Part shown: positions 1 to 7,946 of the stretch, in pieces
Layout of the letters: every line of letters begins with the position of its first letter
Position numbering within the stretch: position 1 is the first letter of the stretch
Virus record (IMG/VR): IMGVR_UViG_3300037751_000573
Location: 1-34,120 of that record
Strand: one strand, 5' to 3'
Source of the DNA: a virus
Lineage: Duplodnaviria > Caudoviricetes
Length of the DNA stretch: 34,120 nucleotides
Notes under the pieces: model-generated
What the model saw: the letters and a program-made list of their open reading frames with translations, nothing else
Told to the model about the DNA's origin: nothing
The model's database searches: none
Program-made: the position numbers and the translations under genes

Positions 1-21
1 GATAATCTGTAAAATACCCAC
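1..21 (-). CDS. Possible 5' start of a cassette ORF (MGILQII...), truncated by the window edge
   Basis: On the - strand, SD AGGGAGG (34-28), 6 nt spacer, GTG at 21-19, open to position 1. Only 7 codons are visible. Confidence 0.45.
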
Positions 22-39
22 TTTGTGCCTCCCTATAGT

Positions 40-127
40 GGCTAACAAAAAATTCAGTGCGACCGCGAGTAGCCCTGCTATATCACCCGCCAACGGTGGC
101 GCGGTCGCGGTAATTTAGGCGTTATGC
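40..127 (+). mobile_element. attC: Integron attC recombination site (88 bp)
   Basis: R'' GGCTAAC (40-46), 5-bp spacer, L'' ATTCAGTG (52-59), perfect stem GCGACCGCG (59-67)/CGCGGTCGC (100-108), L' CGGTAAT (108-114), 6-bp spacer TTAGGC, R' GTTATGC (121-127). This is canonical attC architecture, including the extra base in L''. Confidence 0.85.
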
Positions 128-131
128 AGGA

Positions 132-1460
132 TCATGTCGGGGTCACCAGATTGCGAAAACTCGAGCACCCCTCCAGCCAAGCCACCTCCACCGTGCCGGT
201 CGGCCCGTGGCGCTGCTTGCCGATGATCAGCTCGGCGATGCCCTTGTGCGGGTTGTCGTCCGCCTTGTTGTACATCTCGTCGCGGTAGATGAAGACGATC
301 AGGTCGGCGTCCTGCTCTATGGCTCCGGACTCCCGCAGGTCGGAGAGCATGGGCCTTTTGTTGGGGCGGCTCTCCAGGTTGCGGTTGAGCTGCGACAGGG
401 CCAGCACCGGGATGCCAAGCTCTTTGGCCATGGCCTTGAGCGAGCGGGAGATCGCGCTGATGTCCTGCTCCCGCTTGTCGCTGCCCCCGCTGCCGACCAT
501 GAGTTGGAGATAGTCCACCACCACCAGGCCGATGTTGTATTTGGCCTTGAGCCGCCGCGCCCTGGTGCGCAGGGCCATGGCTGTGAGGTCCGGGGTGTCG
601 TCGATGTAGATTTTTGCCTCGGCCAGCCGACCATAGGCGTGGGTGAGTTTTACCCAGTCCCGGTCCTGCAGGCTGCCCTGCCTGAGCTTCCTGGTGTCGA
701 GGATGCCGAGGTCGGCAAACAGCCGTTGGGTCTGCTGCTCCTTGGACATCTCCAGGGAGAAGACCGCCACCGGCACTCCGTCTTCCACCGCCGCCTGGCG
801 CACCGCGTTCATGGCCAGAGCCGACTTGCCCATGCCCGGCCGCCCGGCCAAGATAACCAGATCGCTGGGGCAGAGGCCGGAGGTCATTCGGTCCAGGTCG
901 TGGAACCCGGTGCAGACCCCGGCGATGGGTGAGCCGCTGTTCGCCTGGGCCTCGATCTCGCCGAAGACCTTTTTTGCCAGTTCCCGCATGGGCATAACGG
1001 TGCTGCCGGAGGATTCGGCCAACAGGCGCAGCAGTCCGGCCTCGGCGACATCCAGGGCGATATCCGGGGCCTGGTGTTCGTAGCAGCCGGCTTCGATCTC
1101 CTGGGCGGACTGGATCACCTGCCGCAGCCGGGCGTAATCGCGGACCAGGGCCGCATAGCTGGCCAAGTGGGCGGTGAAGGGGATCAGGTCGGTGAGGGTG
1201 CCCAGGTACGACGGCCCGCCGATCAGGTCGAGCTTGCCGGCCGCCCGGAGCTTTGCCGACACGGTGATCAGGTCGATGGGCTCCGCGGCCTGGGAAAGCT
1301 CAAAAATGGCCTGCCAGATCTGGCGGTGAGCCTCGCGATAGAAGTGGCCGGCCTGGATGATGTCGGCAACTTCGTTGATGGCCTCGGCCTTGAGCAGCAC
1401 GGTGCCGAGGATGGCCTGCTCCGCCTCCAGGTTGTGGGGTGGGATGCGCTGGTCTTTCAT
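132..1460 (-). CDS. dnaB: Replicative DNA helicase DnaB (phage-encoded)
   Basis: N-terminal PPHNLEAEQAILG, Walker A GRPGMGKS, LVVVDYLQLM, LSQLNR, DLRESGAIEQDAD, KQRHGPTG. Confidence 0.97.
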   Translation of the reverse strand: MKDQRIPPHNLEAEQAILGTVLLKAEAINEVADIIQAGHFYREAHRQIWQAIFELSQAAEPIDLITVSAKLRAAGKLDLIGGPSYLGTLTDLIPFTAHLASYAALVRDYARLRQVIQSAQEIEAGCYEHQAPDIALDVAEAGLLRLLAESSGSTVMPMRELAKKVFGEIEAQANSGSPIAGVCTGFHDLDRMTSGLCPSDLVILAGRPGMGKSALAMNAVRQAAVEDGVPVAVFSLEMSKEQQTQRLFADLGILDTRKLRQGSLQDRDWVKLTHAYGRLAEAKIYIDDTPDLTAMALRTRARRLKAKYNIGLVVVDYLQLMVGSGGSDKREQDISAISRSLKAMAKELGIPVLALSQLNRNLESRPNKRPMLSDLRESGAIEQDADLIVFIYRDEMYNKADDNPHKGIAELIIGKQRHGPTGTVEVAWLEGCSSFRNLVTPT

Positions 1461-2290
1461 GCTTCTTGCTCCTGGAGATATTTGGCGCGGGTCCGGGCGG
1501 CGGCGGTAGTGCCCTGGGAGGCTTGGGCGGTGGTGGGGTCAAAATCCTCCCAGCGCATGGCGGTGATCCAAAACTGCAGCATCTTGGGGGTGAGGCCCTT
1601 GGCTTCCAGGGCCGGACGCTTGGCGGCGTAATCTTTGGCCGCCGGGATGATCCGGCTGGTGACCAGCTCCCGGGATAGGCCGGGAATCTCGGTAAAGGCC
1701 CAGGCGGCTTCCGCCCGGCCGCGCTTGTCGCCATAGGCGGTGTACAGCGCGAGGAACAAGGCGGTGAGCTCGGGGGAGAGCTGTTTTTTTCGCCCTCCCT
1801 TGGCGGCCGTGATCAGGTCCGCAGGAGAATATGTTTTTTCTTTTACTTGGTTGTTACTGAATACTGTGGTTACATCTTGCTTACATTCGCTGTTTTTTAT
1901 TGGTACAATGTTGCTTGTTTGCCTTAGTGCCGCGCTGTTCTCCTGCTTACATTCCACAGACGTTTTGGTTACAGTTTTGCTTACATCTATTTTTTGCCTA
2001 GTGAGGCAATGGGAGCCGTCGCGCTTTTTTCTGGTGGTGAGCAGGCCCGAAGAAACCAGCCGTTTCAATAATCTGTCCACCTCAGTGTGGTTCCACTCCC
2101 AGCGCATCCCCCAAAATCTCGGGTTGTAGGAAACCTCGCCGCCGCTCTGGTCGAGGAGAAAATAGAGGTCGGCCACCGCCCCCTTGGCTGTTTCGGGCCG
2201 CACCGTGTGGCTCTTGCGCGATCCGTAGCGCCGCCGGTCTATCTCCGCTGCCAGTTCAAAAGCGGCCAGGGGATATTGGAAATACTGCAT
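1457..2290 (-). CDS. Phage replication initiator (lambda O-like position)
   Basis: Directly upstream of dnaB with ATGA overlap. wHTH-like N-terminal part, internal AT-rich repeats, C-terminal FWITAMRWED motif typical of phage Rep proteins. Start placed at 2290 (TGATG coupling) or 2296 rather than 2509. Confidence 0.7.
   Translation of the reverse strand: MQYFQYPLAAFELAAEIDRRRYGSRKSHTVRPETAKGAVADLYFLLDQSGGEVSYNPRFWGMRWEWNHTEVDRLLKRLVSSGLLTTRKKRDGSHCLTRQKIDVSKTVTKTSVECKQENSAALRQTSNIVPIKNSECKQDVTTVFSNNQVKEKTYSPADLITAAKGGRKKQLSPELTALFLALYTAYGDKRGRAEAAWAFTEIPGLSRELVTSRIIPAAKDYAAKRPALEAKGLTPKMLQFWITAMRWEDFDPTTAQASQGTTAAARTRAKYLQEQEA
1853..1990. repeat. Iteron-like repeats G(G/C)TTACA, putative replication origin
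   Basis: GGTTACA 1868 and 1967; GCTTACA 1879, 1945 and 1979. They lie in an AT-rich patch inside the initiator gene. Confidence 0.65.
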
Positions 2291-2493
2291 CACCATACGG
2301 CCAACCCCACCAGCGAGGAGGTCAGGTTGGCGGACCAGAGCAAGGCCTCGGCCCACGACCGCTGCCGGAGCTTGATAGCCAGAAAGCCGGTGTTGGTGAT
2401 GGCCCAAACAACGAAGCATACCGGATTCTTGGCGATGTTGAGCAGAGCCCCGGCTGTGGCCGCCAGGGAAAGCATCCAGACGAGGCTGTTCAT
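2290..2493 (-). CDS. Small multi-TM membrane protein (PnuC-like fragment family seen in phages)
   Basis: 67 aa, hydrophobic helices, translationally coupled to its neighbours. Confidence 0.6.
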   Translation of the reverse strand: MNSLVWMLSLAATAGALLNIAKNPVCFVVWAITNTGFLAIKLRQRSWAEALLWSANLTSSLVGLAVW

Positions 2494-2690
2494 GCCTGGC
2501 CTGATTCAAGGGCTTTGGCCATGGTGAGCACCTGCTCCGCGCAGTTGCCGTATCCGGCGGCCACCGAGGCCTTGCAGGCGCAATCGAAGTTATCGAGGAT
2601 CAACTCGCAGACATCGGGCGCGGCGGCGATGGAGCGCAGGACGCGGACGAGGGCTTGGCGGTGGTCGGTTGGGGTTTTGGCTGGTGGCAT
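2490..2690 (-). CDS. Hypothetical early protein
   Basis: 66 aa, ATGA overlap with the next gene, AAGGA upstream. Confidence 0.6.
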   Translation of the reverse strand: MPPAKTPTDHRQALVRVLRSIAAAPDVCELILDNFDCACKASVAAGYGNCAEQVLTMAKALESGQA

Positions 2691-2713
2691 TGGTAGTGAT
2701 CCTTGGTTCTATT

Positions 2714-2935
2714 TTATCGTTCCACCGGCAAACCGGCAGATCCGGCGATAAGGATCACAGAGCGATCCAGCATGAGTCGGTCGGTGCGATTTGGCGCAGA
2801 GTTCAGGACGCTGCTGCTGGACGCCCAGGTGAGCACCACCGCCGCCCACGCCATCCCGCCGAGAACCACGGCGCAGACTATGCCGAGACCGAAACTTTTG
2901 AGCCTTTCTTTCAGGGTGCATTTTTCCATCTCCAT
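2714..2935 (-). CDS. Hypothetical single-TM protein
   Basis: 73 aa, GGAG SD, hydrophobic stretch FGLGIVCAVVLGGMAWAAVVLTW. Confidence 0.55.
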   Translation of the reverse strand: MEMEKCTLKERLKSFGLGIVCAVVLGGMAWAAVVLTWASSSSVLNSAPNRTDRLMLDRSVILIAGSAGLPVER

Positions 2936-2971
2936 CTCCGTTGTTTGGGTGTATCCCCAGGGGCAGAGCGG

Positions 2972-3424
2972 CTATCGCACCCCAAACAGGGAGACAAGAT
3001 ACTCCCTGTCGTGGTGGCGGTGGTCGTTTGCCCGGTAGACGGTGAGCCTGTCCCACAACCACAGGGCAGTGCTCACCGAGAGTTTGCCGATCTTCTGCAT
3101 CAGGGCCACGGTGGCCGGGTGGTTCTCCTGGGTGGTGTGCTCGGCCAGGGCGGCGTTGATCCGGCAGGAGATCCCGGCCAACCGCCCCGGCTCGATGGTG
3201 ATCCCCTCGGTGGCCGCCAGGAGGGCCCGCACCTCTGCCTCGCTGAAGCGGCCCTCGATCATCGCCTCCATGCCCAGGAGGTCGAGCAGGGCGTGGAAAA
3301 AGAGCAGGTCGTTATTGACCTGTTGGGACAGGTGGTTTTCCAGCGTCCCGCACCGGCGGCCAAGCTCGGCCAGCGGTTTGGCTTGCAGGGTGATGCTCTT
3401 TTTGGTGGTTTTTTCTTTTTTCAT
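2972..3424 (-). CDS. Hypothetical early protein
   Basis: Start at MKKEKTTKK (3424), co-directional with the early operon. Confidence 0.6.
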   Translation of the reverse strand: MKKEKTTKKSITLQAKPLAELGRRCGTLENHLSQQVNNDLLFFHALLDLLGMEAMIEGRFSEAEVRALLAATEGITIEPGRLAGISCRINAALAEHTTQENHPATVALMQKIGKLSVSTALWLWDRLTVYRANDHRHHDREYLVSLFGVR

Positions 3425-3431
3425 TTTTCTC

Positions 3432-3665
3432 TTATCGGGTGCTATCTGCTTGAGTTGGCGCGGAAACTTGCACAAAACGGACGGTGTTTCCGGTGGGATG
3501 ATTCGGCCTTGTGGTGGCATCCCTGAAACCGGCGATTACCCGCATGGCGCTGCGCGGCCCATCCACCTTGGAAACCAGCAACGCCACCCGCCGCACTATC
3601 TCGTCGGCCGCCATGGAGTCCAGGGCCAGGTCAACGCTGCCGGATGAATGGGGGCTGAGCTGCAT
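3432..3665 (-). CDS. Hypothetical early protein
   Basis: 77 aa, tightly packed between neighbours. Confidence 0.45.
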   Translation of the reverse strand: MQLSPHSSGSVDLALDSMAADEIVRRVALLVSKVDGPRSAMRVIAGFRDATTRPNHPTGNTVRFVQVSAPTQADSTR

Positions 3666-3667
3666 GG

Positions 3668-3868
3668 TCAGTTAAGCTCCAGCCAGATCATGTCGGCCAG
3701 TTTGGCGATCATCGGGTGGATCTCTTTGCCTGCCGCCCCACCGATAACAACGGCGGCGGGAACAGGCCCCATGTCCCGGGGGAGATTGGACATGGGGCCC
3801 GGCAGGTGGTGCTTATCCCCAGACGAACCTGCGGCCCTGGGGGGAGGGGTGGTGCTGGTGGAGATCAT
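3668..3868 (-). CDS. Hypothetical early protein
   Basis: Start MISTS at 3868 with ATGA overlap with the upstream gene. Confidence 0.45.
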   Translation of the reverse strand: MISTSTTPPPRAAGSSGDKHHLPGPMSNLPRDMGPVPAAVVIGGAAGKEIHPMIAKLADMIWLELN

Positions 3869-4137
3869 GCTTGGGCCTCGCTTTGCCTGGAACTGGTGGC
3901 GGCCATGGTTTTTTTTCGGCGTTTGCTGGTGTCTTGCTTGCTCATTTCGCGCAGGATGTCCGGGTCGCGGACCAAGGCCTGCCATTGCGCCTCGGAGTAT
4001 TTACCCCTCCGGCGCCTGGATGGGGTAGGCAGCTCGACGGGTTGGGCCTCGGCCAGCTTTGCCAGGAGGGAGAGAACCTGTTGGTTCTGCTGCTCGATGG
4101 CGGCAAGCCGGGCGAGGATTTCGGCGTCGGTGGTCAC
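3865..4137 (-). CDS. Hypothetical protein, coiled coil plus basic C-terminus
   Basis: GTGA overlap with the cII-like gene; EILARLAAIEQQNQQVLSLL coiled coil. Confidence 0.6.
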   Translation of the reverse strand: MTTDAEILARLAAIEQQNQQVLSLLAKLAEAQPVELPTPSRRRRGKYSEAQWQALVRDPDILREMSKQDTSKRRKKTMAATSSRQSEAQA

Positions 4138-4604
4138 TTGGTGCAATCCTTAACGTGCTTGGCAAAGGTGCGTTCGATCTCTTCAAGGGCCGCTTGTTTC
4201 CGCCGCATGATTTCTTTTTTCGGCAGGCCGTTGCGGATCGCCGCCTGGAACTCGGCCAGGCAGACATAGTCGGCCAGCTCCTCCTCGGCCATGGTTGGCC
4301 GCAGGTTGGTGACGGCCGGCTGGCAATCGTCCGCCAGGGAGGTATCGGAAACAAGAAAGGCGATGCAGGCTCGAACAACAGGGGTGTGGCCCATATCGTC
4401 CAGGGCGGTGAGCAGGTTTTTTACACCCAGGATCGGGTCATAGGCCTGCTCTGCTTTATCGGTGTACTTCGGGTCTTCGCACCAGTAGTCAACGATGCGG
4501 GCATTTTTCTTGCCGAAGATGGCATAGAGGACAGCGCGGGTCAGGTGCTTCCGGGCGAAATGGAACACCTGCCATGACTGCATTTGCCCGGTTGCTTTTG
4601 CCAT
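4134..4604 (-). CDS. CII-like regulatory protein (positional call)
   Basis: 156 aa downstream of cro, GAGG SD, HTH-like N-terminal part followed by a DP motif as in phage CII-type proteins. Confidence 0.5.
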   Translation of the reverse strand: MAKATGQMQSWQVFHFARKHLTRAVLYAIFGKKNARIVDYWCEDPKYTDKAEQAYDPILGVKNLLTALDDMGHTPVVRACIAFLVSDTSLADDCQPAVTNLRPTMAEEELADYVCLAEFQAAIRNGLPKKEIMRRKQAALEEIERTFAKHVKDCTK

Positions 4605-4779
4605 TTATCCCTCAACCCCTGCCTGATATGATGAAACCACGATGAAAACGAAATCTTTTAGATGTTGCAAAAATGCTCGGCCACTTGGTAGAGTTGTCAG
4701 TGCCAACCTTCAACGCCATTTTTGCGTCCAGCGGACGCCAAGTGGCCGGGCAAGTTTATTTTACGGAATGGAGACCATC

Positions 4780-4998
4780 ATGGCCGGATTCCTCGATAGC
4801 GCCGAGATTGAAATCCCCTGCGAAGTGTGCCGCCGCAAAACGAAGAAAAGCATCGGATGGATAAAGGGTCACAAGGAGTTCGCCTGTGGCTGCGGCGCCA
4901 TAATCACTCTCGACCCGGCACGGTTCAAAAGTGAAATCGCCAAGGCCGAAAGGGCGCTCACTGGTCTGCATGGCTCGCTTAAGAAGCTCGGCAAATAG
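4780..4998 (+). CDS. Small zinc-binding protein, antisense to the early operon
   Basis: GGAG SD then ATG 4780; CEVC...CGC; 72 aa. Confidence 0.65.
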   Translation: MAGFLDSAEIEIPCEVCRRKTKKSIGWIKGHKEFACGCGAIITLDPARFKSEIAKAERALTGLHGSLKKLGK

Positions 4999-5045
4999 CA
5001 GGATGGGCGAGGAGTCGCAACGCACACTTATAGACAAAGATGTGC

Positions 5046-5396
5046 TCATACCGCTTGTCTCAACTGGCCGGCGCGGATGGCGGCTATGAAATGGAGTTCT
5101 TTGAGGTTTTTTATCATCTCCATGGCCAAGCTAGGGCTGTCAGTCGTTGAGCATAACCCAACAAAAAACAGGCGATCACGGGAGTTGATATGTTTTCTGA
5201 TAAGGCCAGGGAAAAGGTTCTCCAGGTTACGCATGAATTGACGATCATTGCCGATTGATCGGTAGACCTTAAAAGAGCTCTTAAGCGCGGAAGTGGTTGC
5301 ATCCTTTATAGACAACGGAGAAGGAAGAGAGCGCTTCATGGTGGTAATGGCACCCTTGATCAATGTGAGGTTGTTTTCGGCTTCGTTCAGGTTCAT
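5046..5396 (-). CDS. Hypothetical protein, AT-rich, coupled to cro
   Basis: ATGA overlap with the cro stop, GGAGG SD. Confidence 0.6.
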   Translation of the reverse strand: MNLNEAENNLTLIKGAITTMKRSLPSPLSIKDATTSALKSSFKVYRSIGNDRQFMRNLENLFPGLIRKHINSRDRLFFVGLCSTTDSPSLAMEMIKNLKELHFIAAIRAGQLRQAV

Positions 5397-5605
5397 GCTG
5401 CTTCCTCCTGGGGTTTGGTGTCGGGCCAGATTTCGGATACCGGCTTGCCGCATGCCTCGGCGATGGCTGCGCGGATGCGGGATGAAACGGTGGTCCCTTT
5501 AATCGTGAGGCTGACAGTTGGCTGAGAAACGCCAAGATCGCTGGCAATATCTGTGATCTTGATACGTTTCTCTTTGAGTATTTTTTTGATTTCTTCGCTG
5601 TTCAT
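5393..5605 (-). CDS. cro: Cro/Ner-like HTH regulator
   Basis: 70 aa, ITDIASDLGVSQPTVS HTH, C-terminal IAEACGKPVSEIWP, divergent from cI. Confidence 0.85.
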   Translation of the reverse strand: MNSEEIKKILKEKRIKITDIASDLGVSQPTVSLTIKGTTVSSRIRAAIAEACGKPVSEIWPDTKPQEEAA

Positions 5606-5693
5606 GTGTTTTTATAGCCAATGTTTAATTTCAAGTCAAGCATTATTTTATAGCCTATTAAATTATTTTTTATTATAAATAAAACGGTGGATC
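5606..5693. promoter_or_regulatory. Lysis-lysogeny switch: pR-like promoter and operators
   Basis: - strand TTGACT (5639-5634), 17 bp, TATAAA (5616-5611). Repeat TTTTATAGCC at 5610 and 5646, the second in an imperfect palindrome TTTTATAG-C-CTATTAAA. Confidence 0.7.
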
Positions 5694-6335
5694 ATGGAAT
5701 ACGACATTGCCGAAGTCTTAAAAAGGATGATGCGACTTGTCGGGGGCAGCAATCAAGCAGAGCTCGGGGTAGCTATTGGGGTTTCTCAAGCCAGCATCTC
5801 AGATGCAAAAAGGAAAGGTAAAATTCCTCCGGAGTGGCTTGTTAAAATGGCAACAGAGCGCGGGGTAAATCCTGTTTGGGTTTTAACCGGACATGGGCAG
5901 ATGAAGATAGAAAGCCCATCATTATTCAATGTCTCTGCCGGGCCAGACCTTCGCAGGGTGCCTGTTATTTCTTTTGTGCAAGCAGGGGATTGGACGGAGG
6001 CTATTGAAGAGTTTTCCCCCTCGGAGGCGGAAGAATTCGTGGCGGTCACCTCGTCCGTCGGCCCGCGCACCTTCGGCCTGCGGGTAGTGGGTAATTCCAT
6101 GGAGCCGGAGTTTTGGGCCGGGGAGATCGTAATCGTGGACCCGGACCGCGAGGCGGAAACCGGCGCCTTCGTGGTGGCCAAGATCAACAATGATGAGGCC
6201 ACTTTTAAGCAGCTGATCAAGGATGGTGGCAGTGTGTTTTTGCGCCCCCTGAACAGTGCGTATCCAATAATGGACGTGACCGGCAGGGATCTGCGGATTG
6301 TTGGCCGGGTGGTTGAGAAGGTGAAACGATATTAG
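5694..6335 (+). CDS. cI: CI-like repressor (HTH plus S24 autopeptidase)
   Basis: NQAELGVAIGVSQASIS HTH; VPVISFVQAG cleavage region; GNSMEP catalytic Ser; ATFKQL catalytic Lys. Confidence 0.95.
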   Translation: MEYDIAEVLKRMMRLVGGSNQAELGVAIGVSQASISDAKRKGKIPPEWLVKMATERGVNPVWVLTGHGQMKIESPSLFNVSAGPDLRRVPVISFVQAGDWTEAIEEFSPSEAEEFVAVTSSVGPRTFGLRVVGNSMEPEFWAGEIVIVDPDREAETGAFVVAKINNDEATFKQLIKDGGSVFLRPLNSAYPIMDVTGRDLRIVGRVVEKVKRY

Positions 6336-6347
6336 CGGAGGTGCCAG

Positions 6348-6617
6348 GTGTTTTATTTCGTTTTGTTCATTATCTCCCCCTTCATTTCCGCAAGCATAGC
6401 AGAGAGAAAAGGGCGTGGGTATCGCTCCTGGTGGTTCGTCGGGTTATTACTTGGTCCGCTGGGGATAATCTTTTCCTTGGTTGCTAAACCGGACGAGGAC
6501 GGAATTGCCGAAAACCAGGGGCTTTGGAAGTGTCCGAGGTGTGCTGAATACATCAAGCGAGGATCAAGGATATGCAGGTTTTGCCATGTTGAAATTTTAC
6601 CGCCGACAACAAAGTAA
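6348..6617 (+). CDS. 2-TM membrane protein with C-terminal zinc ribbon
   Basis: GGAGG SD, GTG start, IAERKGR..WWFVGLLLGPLG motif, CPRCAE...CRFC. Confidence 0.8.
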   Translation: MFYFVLFIISPFISASIAERKGRGYRSWWFVGLLLGPLGIIFSLVAKPDEDGIAENQGLWKCPRCAEYIKRGSRICRFCHVEILPPTTK

Positions 6618-6618
6618 G

Positions 6619-6960
6619 GTGCGGTGGGTCTTTTTACTGCTTCTGTTTTTACCGGCCACGGCCAAAGCCTCGGAGCGAGACTACCAGGACGCATGGTGCG
6701 GGGAACACGGCGGGCAGACCGAGGTGGTGCTTGCGGACCAGACCCGTGTTGATTGCGTTACCGCCACTCATGCCGTGGAATTCGACTTTGGGAAGAAGTG
6801 GGCCGAGAGCCTGGGGCCGGCCCTCTACTATTCGATCCAGACCGGGAAACGGGCCGGCATCGTGCTTATCCTGAATAAGCCTGGAGACCGGAAATATCTG
6901 GTCCGCCTCAAGAACATTATCCAGAGTCTGAATTTAAAGATAGATGTTTGGGAAATGTAG
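6619..6960 (+). CDS. Exported protein with PD-(D/E)xK-like motif pattern
   Basis: GTG 6619; signal peptide MRWVFLLLLFLPATAKA; RVDC...VEFDF...WAESLG.ALYY. Confidence 0.7.
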   Translation: MRWVFLLLLFLPATAKASERDYQDAWCGEHGGQTEVVLADQTRVDCVTATHAVEFDFGKKWAESLGPALYYSIQTGKRAGIVLILNKPGDRKYLVRLKNIIQSLNLKIDVWEM

Positions 6961-7027
6961 GGATTGCGGGAAGGTCGAGGTGTCCGCGGCGTAAAGCGGA
7001 CGGCGTTCAGCATGTAGTCGCGGAGGG

Positions 7028-7504
7028 ATGGTTATGGCCTTGGTGAAATGCAGGGAGTGCGGGCAGGAGGTAAGCAGCGGGGCGAAGTCGTGCCCGAGCT
7101 GCGGGGTGCAGTCGCCGGCGGGGAAAAAGGTGGGGTGCATCCCAAGCCTGTTTGTGATCGTTTTTGTTTTTGTCATTATCGGCGGCATGATTGATGGGCC
7201 GAAGCCGAGCCCATCGTCAGCCCCCCAGGCTGCGGCGCCGAGGGTGGAAGATGCACGGAAGAAAGAAATCAAAGGTGGCTTCAGCCCATGGGACGGATCG
7301 CATATCGCCTTGGAAAAACTCATCAAGAGTGCGATGCACAACCCTGATTCATACAAGCACGTCAAGACCGTTTTCCGGGAAGAGGGGAACGCCCTGGTGG
7401 TGACAACACAGTATCGTGGGACCAATGGCTTTGGTGCGGTGGTGACGAACCAGGTGACGGCAAGAGCTGGTCTGGCCGGCAATGTGATCGAGGTCATAAA
7501 ATAA
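7028..7504 (+). CDS. Zinc-ribbon, single-TM, periplasmic-domain protein
   Basis: CRECG...CPSCG, TM IPSLFVIVFVFVIIGGMI, C-terminal YRGTNGFG motif. Confidence 0.8.
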   Translation: MVMALVKCRECGQEVSSGAKSCPSCGVQSPAGKKVGCIPSLFVIVFVFVIIGGMIDGPKPSPSSAPQAAAPRVEDARKKEIKGGFSPWDGSHIALEKLIKSAMHNPDSYKHVKTVFREEGNALVVTTQYRGTNGFGAVVTNQVTARAGLAGNVIEVIK

Positions 7505-7649
7505 TGACAACACCTGCGGCGCGGGTTTCCGTTGATCTCCCTTTCTCCCCGCGGCGAAAAATGGCGGATGGAAAAAGCGTCACAAAATTGACAAAAACAA
7601 ACAGCACAAAAAACAACCACCAGAAAATCCAACAACATCAAGCATTTCC

Positions 7650-7740
7650 CTGCCCCCTCATTTCGCGGGCGTGGAAATTATAGTTCACAGACGGTCTAGA
7701 CGGGTTCGACGGTAGAGATTTGACCCACCCCCCCCCTATA
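7650..7740 (-). other. Putative cos/packaging region of HK97-like type
   Basis: - strand reads G9-TGGGTCAAATCTCT...AGACCGTCTGTGAAC...TTTCCACGCCCGCGAAAT, the motif order I recognise upstream of terS in HNH/P27-terS cos phages. Confidence 0.55.
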
Positions 7741-7946
7741 ACGATTAAAAATAACGTAAAAACAAATAGTTTTTTGTTGTTTGTGGACATTAAGAGTTTA
7801 AACGTGGCAAAAGTAGCGTTTATGGTGCAGTAACCATGGGTTTATGATGTTTTCTCAAATTGTTTCATGTTTAACCCTGGAGGCATGGATGTTTGCCGAA
7901 TTTATTTCCTCGAACTTGAAAAAATCAAAACAAAAAGTGTAAAAAA

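Noticed and set aside
7584-7593. AAAATTGACA copy upstream of int as an attP arm site
   Set aside because: It is about 1.4 kb from the core and in an A-rich tract; it could be a -35 element or chance.
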